A stretch of 48,037 bases of DNA from an uncultured Candidatus Saccharibacteria bacterium (GTDB lineage: Bacteria > Patescibacteriota > Doudnabacteria > UBA920 > VMFF01), in assembly GCA_964364285.1 (NCBI GenBank), contig CAYIKZ010000005.1:1-48037 (forward strand), in the 5' to 3' direction. Positions 26,442-36,365 of this stretch are shown piece after piece. The position numbers were made by a program, and so were the translations under genes. The notes beneath the pieces were generated by a model. The model was not told the DNA's origin and searched no databases. It saw only the letters and a program-made list of their open reading frames with translations. Position 1 is the stretch's first letter; each line of letters opens with the position of its first letter.

Positions 26442-26484
26442 AATTCCTCAACAAATGTTAATATTCATTAAGCTAAACACTTAA

Positions 26485-26571
26485 GCCGACGTGGCGGAAT
26501 TGGCATACGCGCATGCCTTAGGAGCATGTTCCTTAACGGGAGTGAGAGTTCAAGTCTCTCCGTCGGCACCA
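26485..26571 (+). tRNA. tRNA-Leu(TAG)
   Basis: GCCGACG/CGTCGGC acceptor stem; CATGC-CTTAGGA-GCATG anticodon arm; long variable arm; ACCA end. Confidence 0.95.
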
Positions 26572-26604
26572 AAAGTGATAGATAATATATATAAAAGAAG
26601 AAAT

Positions 26605-28497
26605 ATGAGTAAATTTTTTAAGAACGCAGGTATAGTAGTTTTGATTTTCGTTGGTATTGCGCTTGTCGCATCAAGCTTTAGCAGTGGCGTTAAAATCAAA
26701 GAAGTTGGATTAAGTGCGGTTGTAGAACAAGTGAATAAAGGGGAAGTTGTAAAGATAGAAATCAGCGAATCTGATACTAGCCTTTTAGTTTCTCTTAAAG
26801 ATGGTACAAAAGAAATTACAACTAAAGAAAAAAGCGTTTCCCTTTTTGATACTTTAAAAAATAGAGGAGTTGCTCAAGAGAAAATAAACGCAATAGATAT
26901 AACTCCGCTTCAAAGAGGTCCTGTCTCTACAATATTTAGCGCAATCCTACCTTTCCTACTTCCTTTCCTGATTTTCATTGTCCTAATTTACTTCATGATG
27001 AGAAATGTACAGGGTGCTAACAACAAAGCAATGTCCTTTGGACAGTCAGGAGCAAGATTACAAGATGATAGAAAGAAGAAAGTCTCCTTTAAAGATGTGG
27101 CTGGTGTAAAAGAAGCAAAAGAAGAATTAAACGAAGTAGTTGAGTTTTTAAAATACCCACAAAAGTTTTTACAGCTCGGAGCAAGAATTCCAAAAGGAGT
27201 TTTACTCCTAGGTTCTCCTGGTGTTGGTAAGACATTACTAGCAAGAGCAGTTGCCGGAGAAGCAAACGTTCCTTTTTTCCACATGTCAGGTTCTGAATTC
27301 GTTGAAATGTTTGTTGGTGTAGGTGCATCAAGGGTAAGAGACCTATTTAAAAAAGCAAAACGCCATGCACCTTGCATTGTGTTTATTGATGAAATAGATG
27401 CAGTAGGTAGACAAAGAGGGGCGGGTTTGGGTGGTTCTCATGATGAACGCGAACAAACCTTAAATCAAATCTTGGTTGAAATGGATGGTTTTGATACAGA
27501 CACAAATGTAATAGTTATAGCTGCAACAAACAGACCAGATGTACTTGATCCAGCACTGCTTCGTCCTGGTCGTTTCGATAGACAGGTAGTAATAGACCCT
27601 CCGGATATAAACGACAGGGAACAGATATTAATAGTTCATTCTCAAGGAAAGCCTTTGGCTGCTGATGTTAATTTAAGAAAAATAGCTGAAAGGACAGCAG
27701 GTTTTTCAGGGGCAGATCTTTCTAATTTAATAAACGAAGCAGCAATATTAGCCGCTCGTTTAAACAACAAAGAAGTTACAGAAATGAATCTTAAGGAAGC
27801 AATAGAGAAAGTAATGTTAGGTCCAGAAAGAAAAAGCCATCTTCTTTCAAAAAAAGAAAAAGAAATTACTGCATACCACGAAGGTGGACACGCATTAGTT
27901 GCTTCCGTGTTACCAAATGCTGACATGGTGCATAAAGTTTCTGTTATTAGCAGGGGTAGAGCAGCAGGATACACAATGAAAGTTCCTTCTGAAGATAAGA
28001 ACCTACACACCAAGAGTGAATTCTTAGAAGACATTGCTGTTTCATTAGCAGGACTTGCTGCAGAAAGATTAGTTTTCAATGAACAAACAACAGGTGCATC
28101 TAATGATTTAAAAGTTTCAACAGCTCTAGCTCGTAGATTAGTTACAGTGTATGGCATGAGCGATGAAATGGGACCAATGACCTTTGGTGATACACACGAA
28201 ATGATTTTCTTAGGTAGAGATTTAGCAGAACAGCGAAACTATTCAGAAGAGGTTGCTGCAAAGATAGACAAAGAGGTTGCAAAAATAATGAAGCAAGGCT
28301 ACGAAGTAGCAACCGCTGTTCTAATCAAACATCGAGACAAACTTGATATCATTGCAAAAAAACTTGTTGAGCAAGAAACTTTGGAACAAGAGCAGTATAC
28401 AGAGTTAGTACGTGATATAATCCCGGCTCATAAACTTAAACACCCTGAAGAAATGGCTGTAGCGCACGTTCATAAAGAAAAAGAAACTAAAAAATAA
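26605..28497 (+). CDS. ftsH: ATP-dependent zinc metalloprotease FtsH
   Basis: Two TM segments, [39 protein letters not shown]; start moved to 26605. Confidence 0.97.
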   Translation: MSKFFKNAGIVVLIFVGIALVASSFSSGVKIKEVGLSAVVEQVNKGEVVKIEISESDTSLLVSLKDGTKEITTKEKSVSLFDTLKNRGVAQEKINAIDITPLQRGPVSTIFSAILPFLLPFLIFIVLIYFMMRNVQGANNKAMSFGQSGARLQDDRKKKVSFKDVAGVKEAKEELNEVVEFLKYPQKFLQLGARIPKGVLLLGSPGVGKTLLARAVAGEANVPFFHMSGSEFVEMFVGVGASRVRDLFKKAKRHAPCIVFIDEIDAVGRQRGAGLGGSHDEREQTLNQILVEMDGFDTDTNVIVIAATNRPDVLDPALLRPGRFDRQVVIDPPDINDREQILIVHSQGKPLAADVNLRKIAERTAGFSGADLSNLINEAAILAARLNNKEVTEMNLKEAIEKVMLGPERKSHLLSKKEKEITAYHEGGHALVASVLPNADMVHKVSVISRGRAAGYTMKVPSEDKNLHTKSEFLEDIAVSLAGLAAERLVFNEQTTGASNDLKVSTALARRLVTVYGMSDEMGPMTFGDTHEMIFLGRDLAEQRNYSEEVAAKIDKEVAKIMKQGYEVATAVLIKHRDKLDIIAKKLVEQETLEQEQYTELVRDIIPAHKLKHPEEMAVAHVHKEKETKK

Positions 28498-28512
28498 TCT
28501 GAGGAAGGTAAG

Positions 28513-29433
28513 ATGTTAAGCCTTTCTGAAACATTAACTAGAGCATATATATATACAAAGAACCATAAGTCTTTATGGTTCTTTGGTTTTTTTCTGACAG
28601 GTTGGGGAGTTATGAACTTTGTTAGAAGAGTTAATTTAAACGCAGATCACTTAGATATATATTACAGGCATATTCTAAATTACGCATTAAATCATCCTCT
28701 TCAATTAACGCTTTCAATCGTTTCTTTAATAGTATTAATTGTTTTGGCTTCATTAGTAGGTGCTATTGCAAGGTCTTCCATTATTCACGCGGCTGATGAA
28801 TTAGAGAAAGAAGAACCAATCAGTCTACGTTCTGTGTTAAAACAAGCAACTAAATCAGTTTGGAGAGTTTTTTTCGCTGGATTGTTCACAAACGCAGCTA
28901 TAATATTCTTTTTTTCTTGGTTGGCTCTGCCTTTGTGGCTGGTTTTTAAAAACGGTTTTGAGTTCAGAGGTTTTGTTTTAATTATTACCGCCCTTCTAAT
29001 ATTCGTTCCAATAATCATTGTTTTGTCACTAGTTAATATTTTTGCATGCTGCTACATAGTTATATACAAACTAAAGCTCAAGCAAGCGTTTGCGAGCGCT
29101 TTTGATTTGCTAGCTGTTTTTTGGCAGCAGGTCATTGCTTTGTTTGTGATGCTTTTTGTTATATATTTCTTCCTCTTTTTCCTCTCCGCAACAATGGTTG
29201 GGTTCATCGGCGTCCTTGCATACTTGCCTGCTATTCTGGTAAAATCATTATCACTGCAATGGTTTGCAGCGATCATTCTAGCTTTAATAATAATATTAAG
29301 TTTTGCGCTTCTTTTGGTAAACGCAATATTAAATGTTTTTACCAATTTTGCTTGGACCATATTTTTCTTAGATATAGTTAAAGCAAAGTATATAAAGGAC
29401 GCGAAACCCGTAGGACAACACGCGGGCGGTTAG
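28513..29433 (+). CDS. hypothetical multi-pass membrane protein
   Basis: 306 aa with about seven TM segments; its stop codon lies inside tRNA-Val. Confidence 0.75.
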   Translation: MLSLSETLTRAYIYTKNHKSLWFFGFFLTGWGVMNFVRRVNLNADHLDIYYRHILNYALNHPLQLTLSIVSLIVLIVLASLVGAIARSSIIHAADELEKEEPISLRSVLKQATKSVWRVFFAGLFTNAAIIFFFSWLALPLWLVFKNGFEFRGFVLIITALLIFVPIIIVLSLVNIFACCYIVIYKLKLKQAFASAFDLLAVFWQQVIALFVMLFVIYFFLFFLSATMVGFIGVLAYLPAILVKSLSLQWFAAIILALIIILSFALLLVNAILNVFTNFAWTIFFLDIVKAKYIKDAKPVGQHAGG

Positions 29434-29498
29434 CTCAGTGGTAGAGCATCTCTTTGACGTAGAGAGGGTCATAGGTTCAAATCCTATACCGCCCACCA
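29424..29498 (+). tRNA. tRNA-Val(GAC)
   Basis: GGGCGGT/ACCGCCC acceptor stem; TCTCT-TTGACGT-AGAGA anticodon arm; GGTTCAAATCC T-arm; ACCA end. Confidence 0.95.
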
Positions 29499-29505
29499 GA
29501 AATAT

Positions 29506-30189
29506 ATGGAAATACACGAACTAGAAAAAATTTTAAAAGTTAAATTCAATAACCCTGATCTCTTAATGACAGCGGTTACTCACCGTTCATACTTAAACGA
29601 GAACAGGGCTTTTCATTTACCCCACAACGAAAGATTAGAGTTTCTTGGAGACGCTGTTTTAGAGCTGATTTCAACAAGATATCTTTATGAAAACTACCCG
29701 CACCCAGAAGGAGAACTAACAAACTTCCGTTCCGCGCTTGTTAACTACAGAATGCTTTCTGAGATAGCAAGAAAACTCAATGTTGAAGAGTATTTGTTAA
29801 TGAGCAAGGGTGAAGCAAAAGACACAGGTAGAGCCAGACAAGTTATTCTCGCAAACGCGCTAGAGGCAATAATTGGAGCAATATATTTAGACCTTGGTTA
29901 TGAAGCTGCAAAAGAGTTTGTTTTAAGAGACATTGTTGTAGAGCTTCCATCGATCATAAATGAAGGTTCATACATGGATCCAAAAAGTAAGCTTCAGGAA
30001 ATAGTTCAGGAAAAGCAAGGCGTCACTCCTTCATACCAGGTTATCTCAGAACAAGGACCTGACCATGACAAAGTTTTCTTAGTAGGAGTATTCATCGGTA
30101 ATACAAGAGTAGGTGAAGGAAAAGGTCCTTCAAAACAAGAAGCAGAAGTAGCAGCAGCTGAAAACGCATTGAAAGAAAATAGGTTCTAG
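29506..30189 (+). CDS. rnc: ribonuclease III
   Basis: NERLEFLGDAVL signature; dsRBD DPKSKLQE...GPSKQEAEVAAA. Confidence 0.97.
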   Translation: MEIHELEKILKVKFNNPDLLMTAVTHRSYLNENRAFHLPHNERLEFLGDAVLELISTRYLYENYPHPEGELTNFRSALVNYRMLSEIARKLNVEEYLLMSKGEAKDTGRARQVILANALEAIIGAIYLDLGYEAAKEFVLRDIVVELPSIINEGSYMDPKSKLQEIVQEKQGVTPSYQVISEQGPDHDKVFLVGVFIGNTRVGEGKGPSKQEAEVAAAENALKENRF

Positions 30190-30202
30190 GAAAGAATAAA
30201 TC

Positions 30203-30230
30203 AAAATCCGGAAATGTTTCCGGATTTTTT
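30203..30230 (+). terminator. intrinsic terminator of rnc
   Basis: AAAATCCGGAAA-TG-TTTCCGGATTTT followed by TT. Confidence 0.85.
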
Positions 30231-30243
30231 GTGTATATATGCG

Positions 30244-30281
30244 AAAGCCCCGGACATTGATCAGATCGATCAAGCCGGGGC
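30244..30281 (-). terminator. GC-rich hairpin ending the GC-rich module
   Basis: GCCCCGG..TTGATC/GATCAA..CCGGGGC, followed by TTT on the - strand. Confidence 0.6.
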
Positions 30282-30302
30282 AGACGCACACTTCTGTTTC
30301 TG

Positions 30303-30623
30303 TCAGTGCCATTCCATCGTACGTCGGGCGCCTTCGCCCCAGGCGCTGAACAAGATGCGCAAGCCGGGAGCACCAGGGACGAGCGCGAGCGCCATGTGGA
30401 AGAGTCCTACGGCGTCTTGGCCTTCGACCACTTCGTGCCAGCCGATGGCGAAGATGAGGAGGGCGACCGTAGTGCAGATGAGGATTTGACCCCAGTCGTC
30501 CTTGGCGTTGTCCCAGATGTCGACGAGATCGTCGAGGGTCATGGCAATGAGCGCCAGGATGATGCAGACAACGATGCCGATGACGTTCTTGGTCTGCGCG
30601 ATGAGCCAACGGAGAAAGGACAT
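30303..30623 (-). CDS. hypothetical membrane protein, GC-rich
   Basis: About three hydrophobic segments; C/G-ending codons; SD GAGGA; 1 nt after the upstream ORF. Confidence 0.6.
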   Translation of the reverse strand: MSFLRWLIAQTKNVIGIVVCIILALIAMTLDDLVDIWDNAKDDWGQILICTTVALLIFAIGWHEVVEGQDAVGLFHMALALVPGAPGLRILFSAWGEGARRTMEWH

Positions 30624-30624
30624 G

Positions 30625-30816
30625 CTAGTTCCTCGGGTGAAGGTTTTTCGGTTCCATGCCGCAGAGATAGAAAAAGGCGCCGTACAGCACCCCCTGTCCG
30701 ATCAGGGCTATCCATCCGATGTTCAACCCGAGCAACTCGTTGGCAAAAACCCAGACCAACACCGTTGCCAGACTGATGGCCAGGGCTAGGCGAAAAAGTA
30801 CCTTGGTGATCGACAT
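30625..30816 (-). CDS. small two-TM hypothetical protein, GC-rich
   Basis: MSITKVLFRLALAISLATVLVWVF...; SD GAGGGGG; start moved to 30816. Confidence 0.6.
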   Translation of the reverse strand: MSITKVLFRLALAISLATVLVWVFANELLGLNIGWIALIGQGVLYGAFFYLCGMEPKNLHPRN

Positions 30817-30915
30817 GAACCCCCTCGTGGAGTTACGGGTGTATGAAGTGTGCGATCCAGTGAAAGTGCGGACCGCTTTTGTAAGCAATCCTGCAATATT
30901 ACAACTGAACACACT

Positions 30916-30965
30916 ACTTTAACACAAATATACTGTATTGTCAAGGAAGTTTTATGTGGTATAAT
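30916..30965. promoter_or_regulatory. divergent promoters with overlapping -35 elements
   Basis: - strand TTGACA-17-TAAAGT (30944-30916); + strand TTGTCA-16-TATAAT (30938-30965). Confidence 0.6.
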
Positions 30966-31000
30966 TAACAGGTAAATTACAGATACTGAAACACAAATAA

Positions 31001-33637
31001 ATGTATTTAAAAAGGTTAGAAATTCAGGGCTTCAAGTCTTTTGCAAACAAGACCACTTTAGAGTTTGAAAAGGGCATTACTGCTGTTGTGGGACCAAACG
31101 GGTCAGGTAAATCAAATGTTGCAGATGCAATTCGTTGGGTCTTAGGAGAGCAGAGCTTAAAACAACTTCGCGGCAAAAAAAGCGAGGACGTCATTTTTGC
31201 TGGCTCTGAAAAAAAACATAAAATGTCGTTTGCAACAGTAAGTGTTACTTTTGACAACAGTGATAAACGTATTCCTTTGGATTACTCTGAAGTTTCCATT
31301 TCCAGGAGCATAGATCGAAGTGGCGAGAGCGATTACATGATAAACGGAAACAAGGTCCGTTTGTTAGATGTCATTGATCTTGTTTTAAAATCAAACATTG
31401 GAACATCTCGGCACACAGTTATTGGTCAGGGAACAATTGATCAAATGGTTTTAGCAGGACCTTCTGAAGTTAAAAATTTAATAGATGAAGCAAGTGGTGT
31501 TAAAACATATTACATCCGAAGAGAAAAAACTCTTAAGCGTTTAGAACAAACAGCGCAGAACTTAATGCGTGTTCGAGACTTGTTAAAGGAAATTGAACCA
31601 AGGTTAAAATCATTGCGTAGACAAGCAAAGCGCATGGAAGAAAGAACAGAGATTGAATCAGAGTTAAAAGTTTTTCAAACAGAATTCTTTTCTGGGAAAT
31701 ACTGGCGTATACAAGAATCATTGCAAGAACTTGTTTCTAAGATTGATGGTTTAGAAAAACAAAGAACAGAGTTAGAAAGTGAAATATCAAACCACCGTGC
31801 AAACTTAGACAAAAACGAAGGTGACAATAAAGCAGAAGTTTTGGCATACCAGCAGATACAGGGTGAGATAAAGAGAATGGTGGATAAGAAAAACAAGATT
31901 CTTGAAGATGCTGCAATGATTAGGGGAAAGCTTAATGCAGAAAAATCAGTAGGTGTTGCTTTGGACAGCAAAGCCTTGGGTCTTGAAAAGAACAACCTTG
32001 AACACCAAAAGAATACTTTAACCGCAGAAATAGAAAGGGCTACTTCAGAGAAAAAAGGGATTATAGCAGAGTTAGAAAAACATCATCAAATTTTTGATGA
32101 AATTTCTAAAAAGCTTTTAGATATTCAACAAATCATTGATAATCCAGAGAACCTTAATTTCCATGAACTTTCAGAGGATATAGAAATGTTGGATCGTAAG
32201 TTCGATGAGTTCTATCAAAACCTTGAGCGTGCTTCAGACGTTTCTCTAATAATCTCTTTTGCTCAGGAATTTAAAAGTCATCTTTCTAAATTTAAACAAA
32301 AGACAACTCATTTTGCGCAAAACCCATTTGTTAATTTTGAAAAACAAAGAAAAATACTTTCAGATATATTAACTCAAAAAGATAGAATATCCCAGGAACT
32401 AAATAACTTTGAATTAAAGAAGTCAAAAGTAGGAATAACATTAGAATATTCAGAAGCAGAACTTTCTAAGGTTGAACAAAAACTTTTGCATCTAAACTTA
32501 GAACTTCAAAAAGCTGGTGCTACTAGCACAGATCAATACTTTGAACAGTTAATGTCCCAAGAAAAAGAGTTGAACACTGAGCTACTAAATCTTGGAAAAG
32601 AAATTTCTGTTTTAGAGCAGAAAATAACTAGCTACCATCAAAAAGAACAAAGCAAGAAATCAGAGATCTTAGACGAAGAACGTGCATTAAGAAGTAAACA
32701 AGATCATCTTTCAAAGTTAAGAGATCAGATTTCGCTCTTGCAGATTGAAAAAGCAAAGCTAGATACTCAAAAAGAGAATGTTGTTTCAGAAGCAAAGTTT
32801 GCTTTAAATCCTGAAGGCTTTGCGGAGATAGAAAAGAAAAAGATTCAATCAAGCACAAATAGCTTAGAGGAAAAGATTCATAAACTTCAAAATCAACTCA
32901 GCATGATTGGTGGAATAGACGAGTTGACTCTAAAAGAATACGAAGAAACAGAACAGCGCTACGGTTTCTTAAGTGGACAAGTTCAGGACTTAGAAAAAGG
33001 AATTGCTGATTTAAGATCAGTAATAGAAGAGTTAGATGAATACATTAAAAAACAGTTTGATGATTCATTCAACAGAATCAATGAAAAGTTCGAGAGTTAC
33101 TTCCGTATTCTTTTTAACGGTGGACGAGCATATCTAAGCACAATCCGTGCTAAAGAAGAGAAAGCAAATCAAGAAGCAGAGGAAGAAGCGATCTCTGAAG
33201 AAACTGGAGATACAGAAGAAACAACGAAATTAAGACCTGAAGAAAAGTTGGTTGCTAGGTACGAGAAAGGATCAGATGATGTTGTTGGGATTGATATAAA
33301 AGCGACACCACCAGGGAAAAAACTCGCAAGCATTTCTGCTCTTTCTGGGGGAGAGCGTTCTTTAACCTCAATAGCTTTGCTTTGTGCACTCCTTTCTTGT
33401 TTCCCATCACCGTTTGTAATGCTTGATGAGGTAGATGCGGCTTTAGATGAAGCAAATACAATCCGTTTTGCTCAGATATTGGGAACACTTGCACACAGCA
33501 CCCAATTTGTTACTGTTACTCATAACCGAGAAACAATGAAACAAGGACACACACTTTACGGTGTGACTATGGGGGATGACGGTGTATCTAAGATTCTCTC
33601 AATTAAAATCGAACAAGCAACAGTATTTGCTAAATAA
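31001..33637 (+). CDS. smc: SMC-family ATPase, short form
   Basis: QGFKSF, GPNGSGKSN, LSGGE, LDEVDAALD and VTH motifs; long coiled coils. Confidence 0.9.
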   Translation: MYLKRLEIQGFKSFANKTTLEFEKGITAVVGPNGSGKSNVADAIRWVLGEQSLKQLRGKKSEDVIFAGSEKKHKMSFATVSVTFDNSDKRIPLDYSEVSISRSIDRSGESDYMINGNKVRLLDVIDLVLKSNIGTSRHTVIGQGTIDQMVLAGPSEVKNLIDEASGVKTYYIRREKTLKRLEQTAQNLMRVRDLLKEIEPRLKSLRRQAKRMEERTEIESELKVFQTEFFSGKYWRIQESLQELVSKIDGLEKQRTELESEISNHRANLDKNEGDNKAEVLAYQQIQGEIKRMVDKKNKILEDAAMIRGKLNAEKSVGVALDSKALGLEKNNLEHQKNTLTAEIERATSEKKGIIAELEKHHQIFDEISKKLLDIQQIIDNPENLNFHELSEDIEMLDRKFDEFYQNLERASDVSLIISFAQEFKSHLSKFKQKTTHFAQNPFVNFEKQRKILSDILTQKDRISQELNNFELKKSKVGITLEYSEAELSKVEQKLLHLNLELQKAGATSTDQYFEQLMSQEKELNTELLNLGKEISVLEQKITSYHQKEQSKKSEILDEERALRSKQDHLSKLRDQISLLQIEKAKLDTQKENVVSEAKFALNPEGFAEIEKKKIQSSTNSLEEKIHKLQNQLSMIGGIDELTLKEYEETEQRYGFLSGQVQDLEKGIADLRSVIEELDEYIKKQFDDSFNRINEKFESYFRILFNGGRAYLSTIRAKEEKANQEAEEEAISEETGDTEETTKLRPEEKLVARYEKGSDDVVGIDIKATPPGKKLASISALSGGERSLTSIALLCALLSCFPSPFVMLDEVDAALDEANTIRFAQILGTLAHSTQFVTVTHNRETMKQGHTLYGVTMGDDGVSKILSIKIEQATVFAK

Positions 33638-33643
33638 CAAAAA

Positions 33644-34249
33644 ATGGAACAACTAATTCAAAGCATTACAGGATTTGTAACTGACGTTATCTCAGCTGGC
33701 GGGTATATGGGTGTTGGTTTTTTGATGGCTTTAGAATCTTCCGCTATTCCAATTCCTTCTGAAATCATAATGCCGTTTGCAGGGTTTTTAGTTTCTGCAG
33801 GAACATTTACGCTTTTCGGTATTTCTTTTGCAGGAGCAGTTGGTTCTATGATTGGTTCAGCTGTTTTGTATTACATAGGATACTATGGAGGAAGACCTGT
33901 TGTTGAAAAATACGGTAAATATTTTTTGATCAATCATAAAGATCTAGATGTGGCTGAGAACTTTTTTCAGAAACATGGTCAGCTTGCAAACTTCATCGGA
34001 AGATTCTTGCCAGTAGTAAGAACATTCATTTCTTTTCCAGCTGGAGTCGCTAGGGTAAAAATAGCACCGTTTCTTGCTCTTTCATTCATTGGTTCGTTTT
34101 TTTGGTCTTTGTTTTTGGGTTTCATTGGTTTAAAACTTGGACAAAATTGGCAAACAATCCATTCGTATTTTAGAGGCATTGATTATGTTATTGTTGGTCT
34201 TTTTATTTTAGGGCTCATTTACTATATTAGAAGACATTTAAAGCATTAA
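33644..34249 (+). CDS. DedA family membrane protein
   Basis: LESSAIPIPSEIIMPFAG, GRFLPVVRTFISFPAG. Confidence 0.92.
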   Translation: MEQLIQSITGFVTDVISAGGYMGVGFLMALESSAIPIPSEIIMPFAGFLVSAGTFTLFGISFAGAVGSMIGSAVLYYIGYYGGRPVVEKYGKYFLINHKDLDVAENFFQKHGQLANFIGRFLPVVRTFISFPAGVARVKIAPFLALSFIGSFFWSLFLGFIGLKLGQNWQTIHSYFRGIDYVIVGLFILGLIYYIRRHLKH

Positions 34250-34259
34250 AAACAAAATT

Positions 34260-35765
34260 ATGAATCAAGAACTATTAGATTATGTGATAACAGCAAGAGC
34301 AAAAGGTTCTGATGACGTGAAAATAAAAGAGGAACTATTAATTGCGGGTTGGAAAGAGGCTGATCTAGATCAAGCATTGGCTACGAATATACCTACATCA
34401 CCAAGCTCTGCTTCAGAAGTTGCTAGTGTCATTCCGAAAACCTTTAAGGAACGATTAAAAGATAAGAAACTATGGGAGAGCATAGTTGGTCTTGTTTTAA
34501 TAGTTGTTGCTGGTGCGTATTTTTATATGGTCTATGCAACGGGACCACAAAAAGTTTGGGATAAATTGAGTTTCGATAATTATTTTTCAAACGTTCAAGG
34601 CTGGCATAAACACGAATTGGTGTTAACGTATTCAGATACCAGTAGTGAACAAAAATCAGAATCCAACGCAAAAATTCAAGCAGATATTTTATTTGAGAAA
34701 GATAAAATAACCGGCAGCGGAAATATAGCTGCTGGCTATCAATTCAGTGGTAGTGAGTATTCTTTCAGTGGGATTGAAATGAGGTTTTTGGATAATGCTG
34801 CGTATATAAATCTCAAAAGTATTCCTTTCCTGTTTGATTATCTTAAAGAATACGATGGTTGGTTGAAAGTAGACAGTAAAACCGCGAAAGCTGCAACAGG
34901 AACCGCAGAAGATCAGGAATTGGTGAAGGAGGTTTTAGATATTTTGAAGCAAAACAAGGTTGTCTCAAGTCACAAATATCTTGGGAAAGAAGACGTCCTG
35001 GGTAAAAAAACTTTTCGCTATTCTTTAGTAATTGACAAACAAGCTTTAATTGAAAGCTATAAACAAATATTAGAGCTTGATAAAAACAACACTGCAAAAC
35101 TCTCTGCTGATGATCTTAAATCAATTGCTGATGGAATCACTAGATCGGAAATTAGTATTGATTTATGGCTAGGTGTTACAGATAGTGAAGTATATCGGGT
35201 ACAGGCTGGCATACGAATGCCAGACTTCTTAAAAAAATCTAAAGCAAAATCTAATGACGTTACAACCATGGCTAATATTAGACAAATTGGTCTTGGTTTG
35301 GAGCTGTATTATAACGACTATAACCACTACCCAGACTCACTTAATGAGTTAGAACCAATATATATTTACGCGCTCCCAATACCAAACAATAATGATATTC
35401 CAGAGTGCCCAATAAAAGATGCTTATGCATATAACAGCATAAATAATAAATCAGCATATTCTCTAAAAGCATGTATCAGTACTGACGTAGGCGTACAAAC
35501 AGCAGGTATTATTGAAAGTACACCAGCGGGGATCCGCACGTCTGAATCTCATCCTGAATGGAGCAAGGAAGAAGACCTCGCAAACTCACCTCTAAATTCA
35601 TCATTTAATTTTGACTGGAAAATAATACCATCATCTCCTGTTACTGTTACAGCTCCAAGCAAATACTATGATGTATCCACGGCATTTTCACGGTATGAAT
35701 CTAATAGTTCTTCTAATCAGACACCTTTAAACAGCACTTTGCCTGTAGACCAATTCAGTCGTTAA
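34260..35765 (+). CDS. membrane-anchored hypothetical protein containing a pilin-head-like segment
   Basis: TM segment near residues 72-92, beta-rich region, then KSNDVTTMANIRQIGLGLELYYNDYNHYP. Confidence 0.65.
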   Translation: MNQELLDYVITARAKGSDDVKIKEELLIAGWKEADLDQALATNIPTSPSSASEVASVIPKTFKERLKDKKLWESIVGLVLIVVAGAYFYMVYATGPQKVWDKLSFDNYFSNVQGWHKHELVLTYSDTSSEQKSESNAKIQADILFEKDKITGSGNIAAGYQFSGSEYSFSGIEMRFLDNAAYINLKSIPFLFDYLKEYDGWLKVDSKTAKAATGTAEDQELVKEVLDILKQNKVVSSHKYLGKEDVLGKKTFRYSLVIDKQALIESYKQILELDKNNTAKLSADDLKSIADGITRSEISIDLWLGVTDSEVYRVQAGIRMPDFLKKSKAKSNDVTTMANIRQIGLGLELYYNDYNHYPDSLNELEPIYIYALPIPNNNDIPECPIKDAYAYNSINNKSAYSLKACISTDVGVQTAGIIESTPAGIRTSESHPEWSKEEDLANSPLNSSFNFDWKIIPSSPVTVTAPSKYYDVSTAFSRYESNSSSNQTPLNSTLPVDQFSR

Positions 35766-35779
35766 TATATAACAAGCTG

Positions 35780-35808
35780 TTGACTTCTACTCCCTTTTTT
35801 GTTAGCAT
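35780..35808 (+). promoter_or_regulatory. promoter of rpsP
   Basis: TTGACT-17nt-TAGCAT with TG extension. Confidence 0.6.
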
Positions 35809-35844
35809 TATCAAGCAATTAAAGCTAAGAAATAGTCAGAAATT

Positions 35845-36234
35845 ATGTTAACCATTCGTTTACAAAGAACCGGCAAGAGAAACCACTCTCATTTCAGAGT
35901 TGTTTTGGCAGAAAAAGAATCTTCGGTTTCAAAAAAATTTGCAGAAGTTCTTGGTTCATACAACCCACATAGCAAAGACTTGGTAATCAAAGACCAAGAT
36001 CGTTTGAACTACTGGATTGCTCAAAGAACTGATATGTCACCAACAGTGCACAATCTTTTAGTAACTAAAGGAATATTAAAAGCAGATAAAGTTAAAGCTT
36101 TCAATGTTCCAAAGAAAAAAGAAGAAATACCAGTTGAGGTAGCTCCAGTTGCAGAAGCAGTTCCAGAAGCTGAAGTTAAAGCAACAGAAGAAACTCCAGT
36201 AGAACAGCAACCAGAAGAAGTAAAAGCTGAATAA
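35845..36234 (+). CDS. rpsP: 30S ribosomal protein S16 with acidic C-terminal tail
   Basis: MLTIRLQRTGKRN..FRVV..EVLGSYNP..YWI. Confidence 0.95.
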   Translation: MLTIRLQRTGKRNHSHFRVVLAEKESSVSKKFAEVLGSYNPHSKDLVIKDQDRLNYWIAQRTDMSPTVHNLLVTKGILKADKVKAFNVPKKKEEIPVEVAPVAEAVPEAEVKATEETPVEQQPEEVKAE

Positions 36235-36242
36235 TACAAAAG

Positions 36243-36294
36243 AAAAACCGCCAAGAGCGGTTTTTTTGACGTCAAGAAACATTTAAAGTAATAT
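36243..36294 (+). terminator. terminator running directly into the khpA promoter
   Basis: AAAAACCGC-CAAGA-GCGGTTTTT; TTGACG-17-TAATAT at 36266-36294. Confidence 0.75.
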
Positions 36295-36365
36295 ATGCAT
36301 ATACGGCTTAACCCAGGTCGAAATGCCGGAAAGTAAAGCTAATAAAGCAGAAATCAGTAAAGAAT

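Noticed and set aside
30092-30922. Overlapping alternative ORFs in the GC-rich patches (e.g. 30306-30776+, 30130-30609-; likewise 36873-37471 and 43955-44506)
   Set aside because: Shadow ORFs are expected in GC-rich DNA. The chosen frames have an SD, a promoter and plausible composition.
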